Below, in pieces: positions 23,241 through 24,000 of a DNA stretch of 24,000 nt. Positions within the stretch are counted from its first letter, which is position 1; each line of letters opens with the position of its first letter. The translations under genes were made by a program, and so were the position numbers. Under the pieces are notes generated by a model. That model was not told the origin of the DNA and ran no database searches. It was given only the letters and a program-made list of their open reading frames with translations. Source of the stretch: Pseudomonadota bacterium. GTDB lineage: Bacteria; Pseudomonadota; Alphaproteobacteria; Sphingomonadales; CAKZYD01. The DNA lies in contig JBCCLR010000001.1 of the NCBI GenBank assembly GCA_039026755.1, forward strand, positions 1-24,000, written 5' to 3'.

Positions 23241-24000
23241 TTAGTCGTCCAGTTCTAAAATCTCAATATCTTTGCCTTTGGCTGTAAGGGCGATCTGTCC
23301 GGATTTGAGTGCAAGGGCTTCCTTACCAAACACTTCATATCGCCACCCTTGCATGAGGTTTAAGCGATCTCCGTCGGTGTTGGCGAGGCGATCTAAATCA
23401 TCAGCGCTCGCAATGAGCTTTGGTGCAACGCCGACCTCTTGAGCGCGCGCTTTGAGCAGCAGCTTCAATAAATCACCAAGCGGGTTGGAGCGCAGAACGG
23501 AACGATCCTTGCGCTGCGGAATATCTTCCTTTGGCAGCGCCTGTGCAGCTTGAAGTGCCGTAATCACGCCCGCGCCGTTTTTGCTTTTTGCAAAGCCACT
23601 GCTGACCCCACGGATTTTTTCCAAGTCGGCCTGGCTCTGTGGTTTTTGCGCCGCAATTTGCAGCAGCGCATCATCGCTGACCAGCCGGGCCCGCGGTATG
23701 TTGATGGTCTGCGCGGTGTTTTCGCGCCATGCTGCAATTGCTTTTAATTGCCCTAAAAAGACTGCGTCGCGGGAGCGGTGTTTGAGCCGGCGCCAAGCGC
23801 TGTCGGGATCAATTTCGTATGTCTTATCCGATGTCAGCACGGTCATTTCTTCAGATAACCATGACGATCTTTGATTTTCGTCGAGCTGATCGCGCATGCG
23901 TTCATAAATTTGTCGCAGGTAGGTGACGTCGCCGAGGGCGTAGCTCAGCTGCTTGTTGCTAAGCGGGCGCTGTGACCAATCGGTAAAGCGTGACGACTTA
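23241..24000 (-). CDS. rnd: Ribonuclease D, C-terminal ~253 codons (N-terminal part lies right of the window)
   Basis: The track ORF (23241-23897) begins at an internal Met. The same frame stays open to the window edge and reads KSSRFTDWSQRPLSNKQLSYALGDVTYLRQIYERM..., matching the DEDD exonuclease motif III region of RNase D (E. coli ...TDWLARPLTERQCEYAAADVWYLL...). The downstream HRDC-like segment is DDALLQIAAQKPQSQADLEKIRGVS. Confidence 0.85.
   Translation of the reverse strand, partial: KSSRFTDWSQRPLSNKQLSYALGDVTYLRQIYERMRDQLDENQRSSWLSEEMTVLTSDKTYEIDPDSAWRRLKHRSRDAVFLGQLKAIAAWRENTAQTINIPRARLVSDDALLQIAAQKPQSQADLEKIRGVSSGFAKSKNGAGVITALQAAQALPKEDIPQRKDRSVLRSNPLGDLLKLLLKARAQEVGVAPKLIASADDLDRLANTDGDRLNLMQGWRYEVFGKEALALKSGQIALTAKGKDIEILELDD

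Noticed and set aside
1-24000. A window-wide look for CRISPR repeats, tRNA/rRNA/tmRNA, IS ends or transposases, integrases, toxin-antitoxin pairs, restriction-modification or other defence genes, and for compositionally foreign segments.
   Set aside because: None found. Every ORF longer than 400 bp that is not a shadow frame has a housekeeping assignment or conserved context. No non-coding gap exceeds 206 bp. I see no abrupt compositional shift by eye (not computed).

Overview
This is a densely packed core-chromosome window. By my coordinates about 1.0 kb of the 24 kb is non-coding. The gene set and order look alphaproteobacterial (inference from hdaA, NDK sequence style and synteny; GC looks mid-50s % by eye, not computed). 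I recognise no tRNA, rRNA, CRISPR array, IS/transposase, integrase, phage gene or defence-type gene. Gene order, left to right: (1) fabD (3' end)-fabG-acpP-fabF-mltG-gmk on +. (2) lptD-surA-pdxA-rsmA on -, whose 3' end overlaps the gmk 3' end by 38 bp. (3) pepA-holC on +, divergent from lptD. (4) A YheS/Uup-like ABC-F ATPase on -. (5) ndk on +. (6) purM-purN on -. (7) A + strand run of a signal-peptide protein of unknown function, an AI-2E/PerM-type permease, hdaA, ppk and ppx. (8) The C-terminal ~250 codons of rnd (RNase D) on -, running off the right edge. Almost every block matches an E. coli neighbourhood (fab-mltG, lptD-surA-pdxA-rsmA, pepA-holC, perM/hda/purMN/ppk-ppx), so this is an ordinary housekeeping region. 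I do not see a novel multi-gene accessory system. The most under-described element is the orphan secreted protein at 16172-17593. Its stop overlaps the permease start, and the permease stop overlaps the hdaA start. Smaller observations: a perfect 18-bp in-frame tandem duplication in the permease tail, short periodic repeats in the purM/orphan divergent promoter region, very tight or overlapping convergent gene ends, and SurA parvulin-like modules lacking the conserved histidines. Start codons marked as alternatives are judgement calls from SD spacing and N-terminal homology only.
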